From an uncultured Alphaproteobacteria bacterium (lineage in GTDB: Bacteria; Pseudomonadota; Alphaproteobacteria; Micavibrionales; UBA2020), in contig CBIHNF010000001.1 in assembly GCA_966211335.1 (NCBI GenBank), positions 730,847 through 794,846 on the forward strand: a stretch of DNA of 64,000 bases, written 5' to 3'. The position numbers and the translations under genes are program-made. Below the pieces are notes generated by a model. It was given only the letters and a program-made list of their open reading frames with translations, did no database searches and was not told where the DNA came from. Positions 27,542 through 36,440 of the stretch are shown here, piece by piece. The stretch's first letter is position 1. Each line of letters opens with the position of its first letter.

Positions 27542-27616
27542 TGGTGGACACAACAGGGATTGAACCTGTGACCCCTACCATGTCAAGATAGTGCTCTACC
27601 GCTGAGCTATGTGTCC
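27542..27616 (-). tRNA. tRNA-Val: tRNA-Val (anticodon GAC)
   Basis: 75-nt cloverleaf GGACACATAGCTCAGCGGTAGAGCA CTATC-TTGACAT-GGTAG GGGTC ACAGGTTCAATCCCTGT TGTGTCCACCA. CCA is encoded. Confidence 0.9.
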
Positions 27617-27821
27617 GTACCAAGGTGCTATTAGGTAGCATAAGTGCGCGTTTTGCGGCAAGCGATTCTTTAAATCATTGAAATAAAGGCCTTCCCCGCC
27701 CTTTTTTGGCTGGAAGTTGCTGCTGATTCCCAAAAGTTTGCCCCCGCCGGGGGGACGGCGGGGGCAGGGGTTACGGAGTGGGGGAAGTGCTCCGTTGGGG
27801 TCAATCTATATGTGGTGCCAT

Positions 27822-28286
27822 TTACTGCGCGTGTTGATGGCGCGGCGTGGTTCTGGCGAAATCTGCGTAGATAATTTTGCCGTCGGTATTGCCGGGGCCG
27901 AAGCTTGCTTTCTGCGGCAGGCTGCCCTGGCCCATCATGTAGCGGACGCGGCTGACAATCTCCTTCAGGTGGAAGGGACGCGATGTGACAGGTGCCGGCG
28001 CATAAGCGGGGGTTGCATGGGTATCCATGGCGACGCCGGCGAAACCGGTCAGGAAAATCACCTGCAGGCCGGGGTTATCCTGCAGCGCTTTCTGCGCGAG
28101 GACGAAACCATCGATGCCGGGCATCACGACGTTCACGAGCAGAACGTCATACAAATCTTTGGAAGACACGCGCCAGGCATCCAGGCAATTGTCGACGATC
28201 TCGACGCTGTTGCCGGCCTTTTTCAGCGTGGTGTAGAGGTAATCTGCGGTGGTGGTGTTGTGTTCTGCGATCAGGATGCGTGCCAT
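27822..28286 (-). CDS. CpdR-like single-domain response-regulator receiver with substituted phospho-acceptor pocket
   Basis: The receiver fold aligns with CpdR (RILIAE..., LLVNVVMPGIDG, FLTGFAGVA, SRPFHLKEIV). It has H9/N10, N52 and R103 where D/D, D and K are expected. Confidence 0.7.
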   Translation of the reverse strand: MARILIAEHNTTTADYLYTTLKKAGNSVEIVDNCLDAWRVSSKDLYDVLLVNVVMPGIDGFVLAQKALQDNPGLQVIFLTGFAGVAMDTHATPAYAPAPVTSRPFHLKEIVSRVRYMMGQGSLPQKASFGPGNTDGKIIYADFARTTPRHQHAQ

Positions 28287-28606
28287 TTGTTCAGTACTCC
28301 CCAGTATGTTTTGCGTTCTTAAGGCTTCTTAACCCCAACTAAGTCTTCATCTGTGCGTCGTCGTTATCGTCTTTTTCATCGCCTTTTTCGTCGGCGTCTT
28401 ATGTTAATAGTAAAACATCTTACGGAAACTAGGTCAAGGGTCTTTATGAACAAAAGGTTAAGGATTGGCGACAGATAATTTCTTGGTCAAGTGTGAAAGG
28501 CTTTTATATCAATCACTTGCAGAAACCGGCACAGAGGGCGAAAACTTTACAAATTGTTAAAACTTCGCGCTATGGTTTGGGCACTGGCAAGCCTTCAGGA
28601 GTTTTC

Positions 28607-29575
28607 ATGGCCCGTTTATTCACCGCTATGCTGCTGTTTTCGCTGCTGTTTACAGGAGTCGCGCAAGCTGCGGATCCGGCTCCCGTCGCGAACCCACGGC
28701 CGTTAACGCTTCAGGAATTTAAGGAAGCGCTGCCGGTGAACGCGGAAGAGCTCGATATGGCGGGTTTCAAGGCGCTACAGGCCAAGGGCGGCGTTGTGGT
28801 GCTGGATGTGCGCTCCAAGGAAAGCTTCGCCTACCGCCACCTCAAAGGCTCCGTGAATGCGCCGCTGACGGATCTGACCGAAAAGAACCTGCCGCAGCTG
28901 GCGCCCGATAAATCCGCCCCGGTTGTCCTCGCCTGCGATTACAGCTTCATGCCGACGCGCATGGTCGCCATGACCATCCAGGCCTATCCGGTGCTGAAGG
29001 CAAGCGGCTACCAGCATATTTACCGCCTCAACCTCTGGAAGGGTGCTGCTAATTCGCAGATGCTGATGGACGCGGCGCAGGAAAAAGAACTCAGCTTTGA
29101 GGGCACCGGGGTGCAGAAAAGCACCGCGAAGGAATTGCTCGGCATTCCGCTCACCGACGATACGGCAACGAATGCGCGCTATCCGTTTTTGAAAGACCTT
29201 AAATCCGAAAACGACGAGCTCGTTGATAAAAATCAAATCGACTTCACGCTTTATAATTTTTCGACCGCCGATATCGTGGCCGTCAGCCTGCAGCACCATG
29301 AGCTATGCAAGAACGGCAGCTGCCCTTTGGCTCTCTTCCGCCGCAGCGGCGTGATTTATGAGAGAATTCCAACAACCGTGGTGGTCAACGGCTCAAAGCT
29401 GTTTGAACTCGCCTGCGGTGGTGCCACGGGCATCGTCTTTACCGGTGCCAATGCCGCACATCTCTGGACGTACAACGGCGGCGATTTTAAAGGTAAAGAT
29501 TTTAAGGATGTGAAGGGTGCTTTGACGCATGTGCGCGATTACAACGCGCCGGAAGACATCCATGATTGCCAATAA
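28607..29575 (+). CDS. secreted rhodanese-domain protein
   Basis: ATG 28607 has an AGGAG RBS. Signal peptide MARLFTAMLLFSLLFTGVAQA. Rhodanese-like VVVLDVRSKESFAYRHLKGSVNAP ... VVLACD. Confidence 0.7.
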   Translation: MARLFTAMLLFSLLFTGVAQAADPAPVANPRPLTLQEFKEALPVNAEELDMAGFKALQAKGGVVVLDVRSKESFAYRHLKGSVNAPLTDLTEKNLPQLAPDKSAPVVLACDYSFMPTRMVAMTIQAYPVLKASGYQHIYRLNLWKGAANSQMLMDAAQEKELSFEGTGVQKSTAKELLGIPLTDDTATNARYPFLKDLKSENDELVDKNQIDFTLYNFSTADIVAVSLQHHELCKNGSCPLALFRRSGVIYERIPTTVVVNGSKLFELACGGATGIVFTGANAAHLWTYNGGDFKGKDFKDVKGALTHVRDYNAPEDIHDCQ

Positions 29576-29608
29576 AAAAACGGCGCCTGTTAAAGGGCGC
29601 CGTTTTTA
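29574..29608. terminator. bidirectional rho-independent terminator
   Basis: A7-cggcgcc-tgttaaag-ggcgccg-T5, between convergent genes. Confidence 0.8.
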
Positions 29609-29628
29609 ATTATATCGCGAGGGAAAGA

Positions 29629-30489
29629 TTACTCTTTCTTGTCGTCGTCTTTCTTTTCGTCTTTCGCGTCATCTTTCACAGAGTCGTCCTTGCCGGTCAG
29701 GCTATCTTTGTCGTCGGCCTTGGCGTCATCGGGTTTCTTGTCATCGGCGCTATCCTTGGCGGCGCGCACATCAGCGATTTTCTTTTTCAGGTCTTCCTTA
29801 TCAGGAACGCCCGAGAAAGCGGTTTCGTTGATGACGAAGCTCGGCGTGCCGTTGAAGGACATCTGGCTGGCAAGGGCGCGGTTGCGCTCCAGCTGCATCA
29901 TGGCGTCGGTGCTATCGACATAGCTGCGGGCCGCCGACAGGTCCAAGTTCACGGCTTTGGCGACTTTCTCGATGTCTTCATCAGTGATGGGGCCTTTATG
30001 CTCCATCATCTTCTGGTGGAATTCAAAATACTTGTCCTGACGCTGCGCGGCGAGCGCCCATTTGGCGGCGGTTTCCGACGACGGGGCGAGGATGGGGAAA
30101 TCCTTGAAGATGATCTTCAGGTTCTTGTCGCCGTCCGACAGCGACTTCAGCGTCGGGAAGACGTCTTTGCAATAGTGGCAGTTGTAATCGAAGAATTCGA
30201 TGAGCGTCACATCGCCCTTCGGGTTGCCGATGAAGGGGGATTTTTCGTTGTTGAACAATTCATCGTGGTTGACCTTCAGCGCCTGCGCCTGACGGTCGTT
30301 GAGGTCTTTTTTCTGGTAGCTCTCGACCGAGTTCAGCACAACGTCGCCATGCGCCATCAGGTAATCATGCACAATCGTCTCGACCTGCTCCTTCGTCAGC
30401 GCATCGGCCGCGAAAGAAGCCGTGGAGCCCATCAGCCCCAGCACGATCACGGCGGAGGTTGCGAATTTCTTGAAAGAAGTCTGGAACAT
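29629..30489 (-). CDS. DsbA-family thiol:disulfide oxidoreductase
   Basis: CXXC in FFDYNCHYCK. Signal peptide. Lys/Asp-rich C-terminal tail. ATG 30489 preferred (SD-like AGGGGTGA upstream). Confidence 0.85.
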   Translation of the reverse strand: MFQTSFKKFATSAVIVLGLMGSTASFAADALTKEQVETIVHDYLMAHGDVVLNSVESYQKKDLNDRQAQALKVNHDELFNNEKSPFIGNPKGDVTLIEFFDYNCHYCKDVFPTLKSLSDGDKNLKIIFKDFPILAPSSETAAKWALAAQRQDKYFEFHQKMMEHKGPITDEDIEKVAKAVNLDLSAARSYVDSTDAMMQLERNRALASQMSFNGTPSFVINETAFSGVPDKEDLKKKIADVRAAKDSADDKKPDDAKADDKDSLTGKDDSVKDDAKDEKKDDDKKE

Positions 30490-30599
30490 AAAGGTCACCC
30501 CTGAAAGCTGTTGTATTGTTTTATTAAACCACGAATTATCTTAACAATTTCAACCCACCCGAAACAATCTGGTTGCGGATGCGCCGTTATCAATAGCGG

Positions 30600-31964
30600 C
30601 TACTCACCGTGATCATGTTTATCCTTGTCCTTGCGGGCGCGGATGGCGGCATCAAGGATATCATCGGCGCGAAGCCAACCGGTTGAATTCTTTGGCAAAC
30701 CCTGCCGCGCCAGCTTGGCTTGGCGGAAGGCGAAATCAAATTTCCCCTGCATCAGGGATTCTTCCGCCAGATGCAGCTGCGCTTCCGGCTGGTTGCCCTG
30801 TTTGCCATAGGCAATGGCGAGATAGCGGTGAATCGCGGGCTCTTTCTTTTCCGTCTGAAGGGATGCTTCAAACTGGCGTATGGCTTCGGCGGTATTGGCC
30901 TTTTCATTGGTTTTGGATTCCAGCAGCGCATGGCCATAGGCGGTGCGGATAAGGCCGGAGCGCGGGGCGTACTGCGCGGCCTTGGCATAGGCCGCAACGG
31001 CGTCATCCACTTTCGCATGCTCGAATAATATCTGGCCCTTCAGCTCGTAGAAGTAGGGATTCTGCGGTTCCGCCTTGATGAGCGGCTCCAGCTGCGCCAG
31101 CGCGGCATCGCTCCGGCCCAGGCGATAGGTCGCAACGGCGCGGCCGTATTGCGACGCGATAGATGTGCCCTTATCCGCAAGCGCGCGGTCAGGGAACAGG
31201 TAGCCCATCAGTTTCGCTTTCAGCCGCGCGTGCATTTCGACCCAGGCGGGCGGCACATGGGCATCGCTGCCTTTGGCCTGCGCCACCATGTTCTCAAGGA
31301 AGTTCACGCGGTCTTGCGTCAGCGGGTGGGTCTGCACATATTCCGACTGCTGCGATTCCGGCAGCAGTTCCTGGTTTTTCAGCTTCTCCATGAAGCTGAG
31401 GAAGCCGGTAATCGGCAGGTGGGAATCTTCAAGGAAGCGGACGCCCGCCTGATCGGCCGCCGTCTCCGCCATGCGGTTATGGCGCAGAATGACGCGCGTG
31501 CCATAGGTGCCGGCGCCCGAAAGCACGGCCGCCGCGGCGTCCGAGGAGCCGGAGGCGGCAGCGCCCGCAAGGCCCAGCAGGCTCATCAAAATCGTCTGTA
31601 CCGTCGCATCGCGAATTTCTTCCTTCATGCGGAAGAGGTCGCCGTGCGCGATGTGGCCCGTCTCGTGCGCGACAACGCCGAGGAGTTCTTCGGGATTGGA
31701 GGTCTCAAGGATCAGGCCGGAGTAGATGAAAATATTCTGCCCGCCCGCGACAAAGGCGTTGAGGTCATTCTGATCGACCAGCACGAAGCGCACAGCCTCC
31801 GGCGACACGCCTGCCTGCTGGAAGATAGGGCGGCAAAAGGTGCGAAGGTCGCTCTCTGTCTCCTCGTCGCGCAGAATCGACATGCCTCCCGCCGCCTCGG
31901 CCGATGCGGCAGAGGCGAGGAGGGAGAAAATTAGCGCGGTGATGAAGAGGCAGGTTTTTGTCAT
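30600..31964 (-). CDS. M48-family metallopeptidase with TPR repeats (BepA-like)
   Basis: Signal peptide. HExxH in VAHETGHIAHGD. TPR-like C-terminal half. Confidence 0.85.
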   Translation of the reverse strand: MTKTCLFITALIFSLLASAASAEAAGGMSILRDEETESDLRTFCRPIFQQAGVSPEAVRFVLVDQNDLNAFVAGGQNIFIYSGLILETSNPEELLGVVAHETGHIAHGDLFRMKEEIRDATVQTILMSLLGLAGAAASGSSDAAAAVLSGAGTYGTRVILRHNRMAETAADQAGVRFLEDSHLPITGFLSFMEKLKNQELLPESQQSEYVQTHPLTQDRVNFLENMVAQAKGSDAHVPPAWVEMHARLKAKLMGYLFPDRALADKGTSIASQYGRAVATYRLGRSDAALAQLEPLIKAEPQNPYFYELKGQILFEHAKVDDAVAAYAKAAQYAPRSGLIRTAYGHALLESKTNEKANTAEAIRQFEASLQTEKKEPAIHRYLAIAYGKQGNQPEAQLHLAEESLMQGKFDFAFRQAKLARQGLPKNSTGWLRADDILDAAIRARKDKDKHDHGE

Positions 31965-32018
31965 GGCTGTTTCGGATGAGGTGCCGAGCGGCGCTGCCCC
32001 TTTGCGCTGATCAGCTGG

Positions 32019-32780
32019 TTATTTATTGACGGCGGTGCCGGCGGTTTTGTAATCGCTCTGGCTCCAGCCATTGTCTTTCCATTTCCAGCCGGTGTAATCG
32101 TCGGGCCAGAAGGCGCCGGAGAGTTTCGTCGTGACCATGCCGGTTTTATCCATGCTCGCAAGCTGGAAGTGGAAATCATCCCCCCAGATCACGCCTTCGG
32201 AATTGGTTTTCTGGTAGCCGGCCGGTTCACCCTCGACGGCGAGGCGGATATGCGCCTTGCGGAAGCTCAAAGCCTTGAAGTCTTCCATCGGCGTCGTGAC
32301 AGAAATGGGCAGCCATTCGCTGCCATCAGTCGCGGCAACAGCGGGGCCCTTGTAGCAGACGGGGTCTTTCTTGGCGGTGTCGTAGCAGATTTCAAGGCGC
32401 GCCGAATAGCCTTTCAGGCTGCGGGTCTTGATGAATGCCTGCGCGCCGACCGCCATTTGGCACTTGTCGCCGCAGGAGGCGAGCGAAAGCATCGCGCCCT
32501 TGTTACCCGAGGTTTCGTTCCAGTCGAACCAGGGCTCTACATTGCCGGCGAAGGGCGGCGTGCCGCGCATGGTGAAAGAACGATCGCCGACCTTGAACAC
32601 ATGTGTATCCGTGCCGGTGAAGCCGTTGACGTAGGGCGTGTAGCCTTCGTTATGCGGCGCGTAGGTGGTGCCGGTCGCGGGCGAGAAATCCGCCAGCATA
32701 TTGTCCATCTCGCCGCGGTGGCAGCCGGCGGTGGCGAACAGCGCCATCAGCGCGAAAGCGGGAAGGAGGGCTTTTTTCAT
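32019..32780 (-). CDS. hypothetical lipoprotein
   Basis: ATG 32780 gives MKKALLPAFALMALFATAGC (lipobox). Confidence 0.6.
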   Translation of the reverse strand: MKKALLPAFALMALFATAGCHRGEMDNMLADFSPATGTTYAPHNEGYTPYVNGFTGTDTHVFKVGDRSFTMRGTPPFAGNVEPWFDWNETSGNKGAMLSLASCGDKCQMAVGAQAFIKTRSLKGYSARLEICYDTAKKDPVCYKGPAVAATDGSEWLPISVTTPMEDFKALSFRKAHIRLAVEGEPAGYQKTNSEGVIWGDDFHFQLASMDKTGMVTTKLSGAFWPDDYTGWKWKDNGWSQSDYKTAGTAVNK

Positions 32781-32838
32781 GTCGTCAACTTTCAAAAGAG
32801 ATTTCGAGTTGAAGTGCCAGATGGAAAATAGAGTGGGG

Positions 32839-33426
32839 TTAGTTTAGGAACATGCCTTTTTCGGTGTAGGTGCCGACCATTTTATGCGTGTGCCAGTCAA
32901 CCAGCTCGATCACGGGGAAATTCTGCTCGAAGATCTGGTTATAGTCGGCGATCAATTTAAGCATGCGGCGCTGGTCGAGATCCGACAGGCCGTAGAAATT
33001 GGGGCCGAGTTCCAGCACCGGCAGCGGCGGCTTGCCTTGCTTCATGTATTGGCGCTCGAAATAGCGGTTCTGGTAGAATTTGTTGATGGCGATTTCGGGC
33101 GTCCATTGCGCCTGGTTCCACATGGACGGATCCCAGTCCTGGCCCTGCCACTGCTGCGGGTGCTTGTTCTGCGCATCCCAGTTGGAGACGAGCGGCAGGA
33201 AGCCGTAATGTTCCGGCTTGATGGTGATGCGTTCCGGCACGTAAATCACGCCGGCGGGCAGGCGGTTGACGGTGCGCATCTCTTCCGTGAAGTGCGGGCT
33301 GTTCGGCACATAGTCGCCGTCGTTGTCATTGGGGAAGTGGCCTGCCTGCGCGGTCGAGGCACTGAAAAGCGCCGCAAAACCGATGGCGGTCGAAACCGAC
33401 AGAAGGCGTTTGAAGGTGATGGACAT
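32839..33426 (-). CDS. hypothetical secreted protein
   Basis: Signal peptide ...LFSASTAQA. Trp/Gln-rich mature region. Confidence 0.55.
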   Translation of the reverse strand: MSITFKRLLSVSTAIGFAALFSASTAQAGHFPNDNDGDYVPNSPHFTEEMRTVNRLPAGVIYVPERITIKPEHYGFLPLVSNWDAQNKHPQQWQGQDWDPSMWNQAQWTPEIAINKFYQNRYFERQYMKQGKPPLPVLELGPNFYGLSDLDQRRMLKLIADYNQIFEQNFPVIELVDWHTHKMVGTYTEKGMFLN

Positions 33427-33638
33427 TATATGACTCCCCGAAAGAACGTGTCGCTACCTTGCTCGAATCTAAACCAAATTTACTATATAATCAAAAGCAT
33501 AACTTATTATTAAGCGCTCATATGGCATAATGAAACTATCGCTTGGACTCTGTAATCTCCACTCCGCCGTATTTGGGAAAAGCGGCGGTATGTTTCGTGG
33601 GTTTTACCGGGGTGCGATTTGGGAACGGGGATAACGTC

Positions 33639-34043
33639 ATGACCGATGCGTTGACGATTGCGATATCCGGCCTGCGCGCGCAGGAAACGCGGCTGAATGC
33701 GGCGGCGAGCAATATCGCCAATGTCAGCACCAGTGGCGCGGTCCCAAGCAGCGATCCCGCAGCGCCGGCCTCCACCGTCTACCGTCCGTTGCAAGTGAAT
33801 CTCACCTCGCTGGAATCGGGCGGCGTTCAGGCCAATGTGACGGCCGATCCCAAGGGCTATACCCTCGCCTATGACCCTTCCTCGAGTTATGCAAATAGCG
33901 AGGGGCTTGTTGCGACGCCGAACTTCGATCTTGCCACCGAGGCGGTCAATACCATTGAAAGCAAAGCGCTTTTCAAGGCCAACCTTGCCGTCATCAAAAC
34001 GCAGGACAAGCTTCTCGGCGAGCTGATCGACTCTATCGCCTGA
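33639..34043 (+). CDS. FlgC-like flagellar basal-body rod protein (orphan)
   Basis: ATG 33639. N-terminus ISGLRAQETRLNAAASNIANVST. C-terminus YDPSSSYANSEGLVATPNFDLATEAVN. The layout matches rod-protein FlgC. Confidence 0.65.
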   Translation: MTDALTIAISGLRAQETRLNAAASNIANVSTSGAVPSSDPAAPASTVYRPLQVNLTSLESGGVQANVTADPKGYTLAYDPSSSYANSEGLVATPNFDLATEAVNTIESKALFKANLAVIKTQDKLLGELIDSIA

Positions 34044-34092
34044 TATTCAGTATCCCGCGCAGGCGTTCATTAGTTTCTATAAACATTCCAGC

Positions 34093-34120
34093 TTGACTCG
34101 TTTTTCCGGAACTCTATAGT
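34093..34120 (+). promoter_or_regulatory. sigma70-like promoter
   Basis: TTGACT (34093-34098), 16-nt spacer, TATAGT (34115-34120). Confidence 0.5.
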
Positions 34121-34263
34121 CCGGTTCACAGCAAAGCTTTGCCTGCGGCCATACCGAAAGAGGGTGTGGATAAGATTTTGAGAAAACGGCCACATCGTGC
34201 CGCACCTCATGCAGGGTTTTGAATGACTGAACCCTAATTTATTTTGTTTGGAGAGTACCCCTT

Positions 34264-35097
34264 ATGGACAACCCCGGTTTCGACCTGCTCAAAGCAGCTT
34301 TCAATAAATTCGCCCAGAAACTTGATGGCGACGATATCAGCAACCGCCTGACGCGCAGCGTCGCCGCCGGTGCTGAAGCCGCCGTCAACAAAGCCGTCAT
34401 CGAATTCCCGAAACCCTTCGTGAAGACGATCGCGCAAGACTTCTACGCCATGGTCACCAGCCAGGAAATCGCCGACGGCGTTTCCCTGACCGTCCGTTCC
34501 TTCGACGAAGAAAAAGTGAAAGACGTCCTCGACCAGCTGGTCACCAAGCTGCAAGAGCCGGAAACCTCGCTCAAAGTCGCAAAGCAAATCAAAGACGTGC
34601 TGTCCAAAGCATCGACCGATGACCTCGAAGGCTCGATCGAAGCCCTCATCTCCGGCCGTCCGATGGGCGAGCAGATGGTCTTCAAGATGTTCTTCGCGCA
34701 GGCTAAACCGATGATCGACGGCATGCGCAACTCTTCGGAAGAAGAAATCGCCGAGCAGATCAAAGACCTCGCAGCGACGATCCCGACCGACGCCATCGCC
34801 CAGCAAGTGGCGGCGCTGACGAAAGAAGTCACGCCCGAGCGCGTTTCCAAGCAAGCCCATGACGTCGTCGGCAAACTGCCCTCGGCCAACGCGGTTGCGG
34901 AAATCCTGCACGGCGTTGCCGGCCTCGCGTCGGAAAAACTGAAACAGATCAGCAATGCTGCCGACGCGAAAGCGGAAGCGCAAGGCGTTCTCGGCCAGTT
35001 CGTGTCCGAAGCGCAAGCGATCGTCTCCGACAAAATCGCCAACGACAACAACAACAAGAAAACCTTCAAAAAAGGCGGCCAGGACTTCTCCCTGTAA
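34264..35097 (+). CDS. hypothetical helical protein (277 aa)
   Basis: GGAGAG RBS and GC3-rich codons. The 346-aa antisense ORF (34234-35274) is judged a shadow. Confidence 0.65.
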   Translation: MDNPGFDLLKAAFNKFAQKLDGDDISNRLTRSVAAGAEAAVNKAVIEFPKPFVKTIAQDFYAMVTSQEIADGVSLTVRSFDEEKVKDVLDQLVTKLQEPETSLKVAKQIKDVLSKASTDDLEGSIEALISGRPMGEQMVFKMFFAQAKPMIDGMRNSSEEEIAEQIKDLAATIPTDAIAQQVAALTKEVTPERVSKQAHDVVGKLPSANAVAEILHGVAGLASEKLKQISNAADAKAEAQGVLGQFVSEAQAIVSDKIANDNNNKKTFKKGGQDFSL

Positions 35098-35237
35098 GCT
35101 TTGACTTGAAGTCATAGAATTCTTCTTTCCGATTTCCCTATTGGAAGAAGAGGTTGGACGGGCAGGAACACCTTTATGGTTTCCTGCCCGTTTTCTTTTG
35201 GTGTAGGCTTCGGATGGTTTCAAAGGGGACGCCTGCC

Positions 35238-36440
35238 ATGACCTCCCGCAGCTTCTACAAAAATCTATCCGCAACGCCGCCGAGCGGGCTGGTTGACCGT
35301 GCGTCTTACCGCGCCGCGCCGGATGACTGGTATATTTTGGTTGCGGATATCGTCGGCTCGACCAAGGCGATTGCGGCGGGGAAATATAAAGACGTTAATA
35401 TGGTCTCGGCCTCCGCCATTACGGCGGTCATCAATGCGGCCGATAAATCGGAAATCGCCTATATTTTCGGCGGCGACGGCGCAACCCTCCTCGTGCCGCC
35501 GGATGTGCTGCTGGAAGTGGCGCAGGCGCTGCATGGCACAAGGGTTATGGCGCGGGATGCCTTCCAGCTGGAAATGCGCGTCGGCGCGGTGAAGTTGGCA
35601 GACCTTGCCGCCAAAGGCGCGCCCGTGCGTGTTGCGAAAACCGAAACCGCACCTGCGATTTATCAGGCGGCCCTTGCAGGGGAGGGCGTGACGCTGGCGG
35701 AAAAGCTCATCAAGGATAAAGAACATGGCAGCCGCTACGACATCACGCAATTGTTCAGCTCAGAACAACTGACGGCGAAGGAAGCGAACTTTAACGGCCT
35801 TGAATGCCGCTGGCAGCCGCTGCACAGCCGCCACGGTGCCGATGTATCTCTTATCATCGCGGCGCGGGGGACAGATGAAGCCGCAAATGCCGCTCTATAT
35901 GCGGAGGTGCTGGCAAAGGTTGGCGATATCTGCGGCCATGCGGATGACTGGAAACCCGCCCATGCCGATAACCTAAATGTGAGCGCCACCGCCGGCGGCA
36001 TCGCCGGGGAAACCCGCGTGCGCACCCATGGCATGGGCAGCTTCGCGCGCCTTAAATATATCGTGAATGTCCGGCTGCTGTGCTGGACAGGCATTCTCTG
36101 CCTTGCCACCGGCAAAAAGGCCGGCAACTTCGACGGCGCGAAGTACCGTGACGACACCGCCCGCCATACCGACTTCATCAAGTTTGATAACGCCCTGCGC
36201 CTTGTCATGGATGTGACCAGGGAACAGCAGAAAAATTTGACTGCGTATCTTGAAGACCTGCGCAGCGCCGGAAAAATTTTCTATGGTCTCCACGCCGCAC
36301 CCGCCGCGCTGATGACCTGTTTGGTGTTCGACTACGGCCACGACCACTTCCACTTCGTTGACGGCGCCGACGGTGGCTATGCCTTGGCCGCTCTCCAGCT
36401 TAAGAGCCAGATCAGGGAAGCTTCTGACCTGCCAATTTAA
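35238..36440 (+). CDS. DUF3095-like protein (nucleotidyl-cyclase-like N-terminal motif)
   Basis: ATG 35238 has an AAAGGGGA RBS. N-terminal WYILVADIVGSTKAIAAGKYKDVN resembles the metal-binding strand of class III cyclases. Confidence 0.55.
   Translation: MTSRSFYKNLSATPPSGLVDRASYRAAPDDWYILVADIVGSTKAIAAGKYKDVNMVSASAITAVINAADKSEIAYIFGGDGATLLVPPDVLLEVAQALHGTRVMARDAFQLEMRVGAVKLADLAAKGAPVRVAKTETAPAIYQAALAGEGVTLAEKLIKDKEHGSRYDITQLFSSEQLTAKEANFNGLECRWQPLHSRHGADVSLIIAARGTDEAANAALYAEVLAKVGDICGHADDWKPAHADNLNVSATAGGIAGETRVRTHGMGSFARLKYIVNVRLLCWTGILCLATGKKAGNFDGAKYRDDTARHTDFIKFDNALRLVMDVTREQQKNLTAYLEDLRSAGKIFYGLHAAPAALMTCLVFDYGHDHFHFVDGADGGYALAALQLKSQIREASDLPI

Noticed and set aside
27396-27641. 81-aa track ORF overlapping tRNA-Val, and a 60-aa ORF at 40648-40830 overlapping tRNA-Thr.
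   Set aside because: They are explained by the tRNA genes. No RBS or coding bias is present.
28319-28333. CtrA-box-like TTAA...TTAAC direct repeat 33-47 nt upstream of the CpdR-like gene. This was attractive because cpdR is CtrA-regulated in Caulobacter.
   Set aside because: On recounting, the spacer is 6 nt (TTAA-ggcttc-TTAAC), not the 7 nt of the TTAA-N7-TTAAC consensus. This is not enough to call a site. Other TTAA pairs (2792/2806, 25617, 61854) also have the wrong spacing or a degenerate second half.
34234-35274. 346-aa minus-strand ORF, longer than the plus-strand gene it overlaps.
   Set aside because: The plus-strand ORF 34264-35097 has a GGAGAG RBS and GC3-rich codons. The minus ORF translates to Gly/Arg/Val-rich sequence typical of an antisense shadow in GC-rich DNA.
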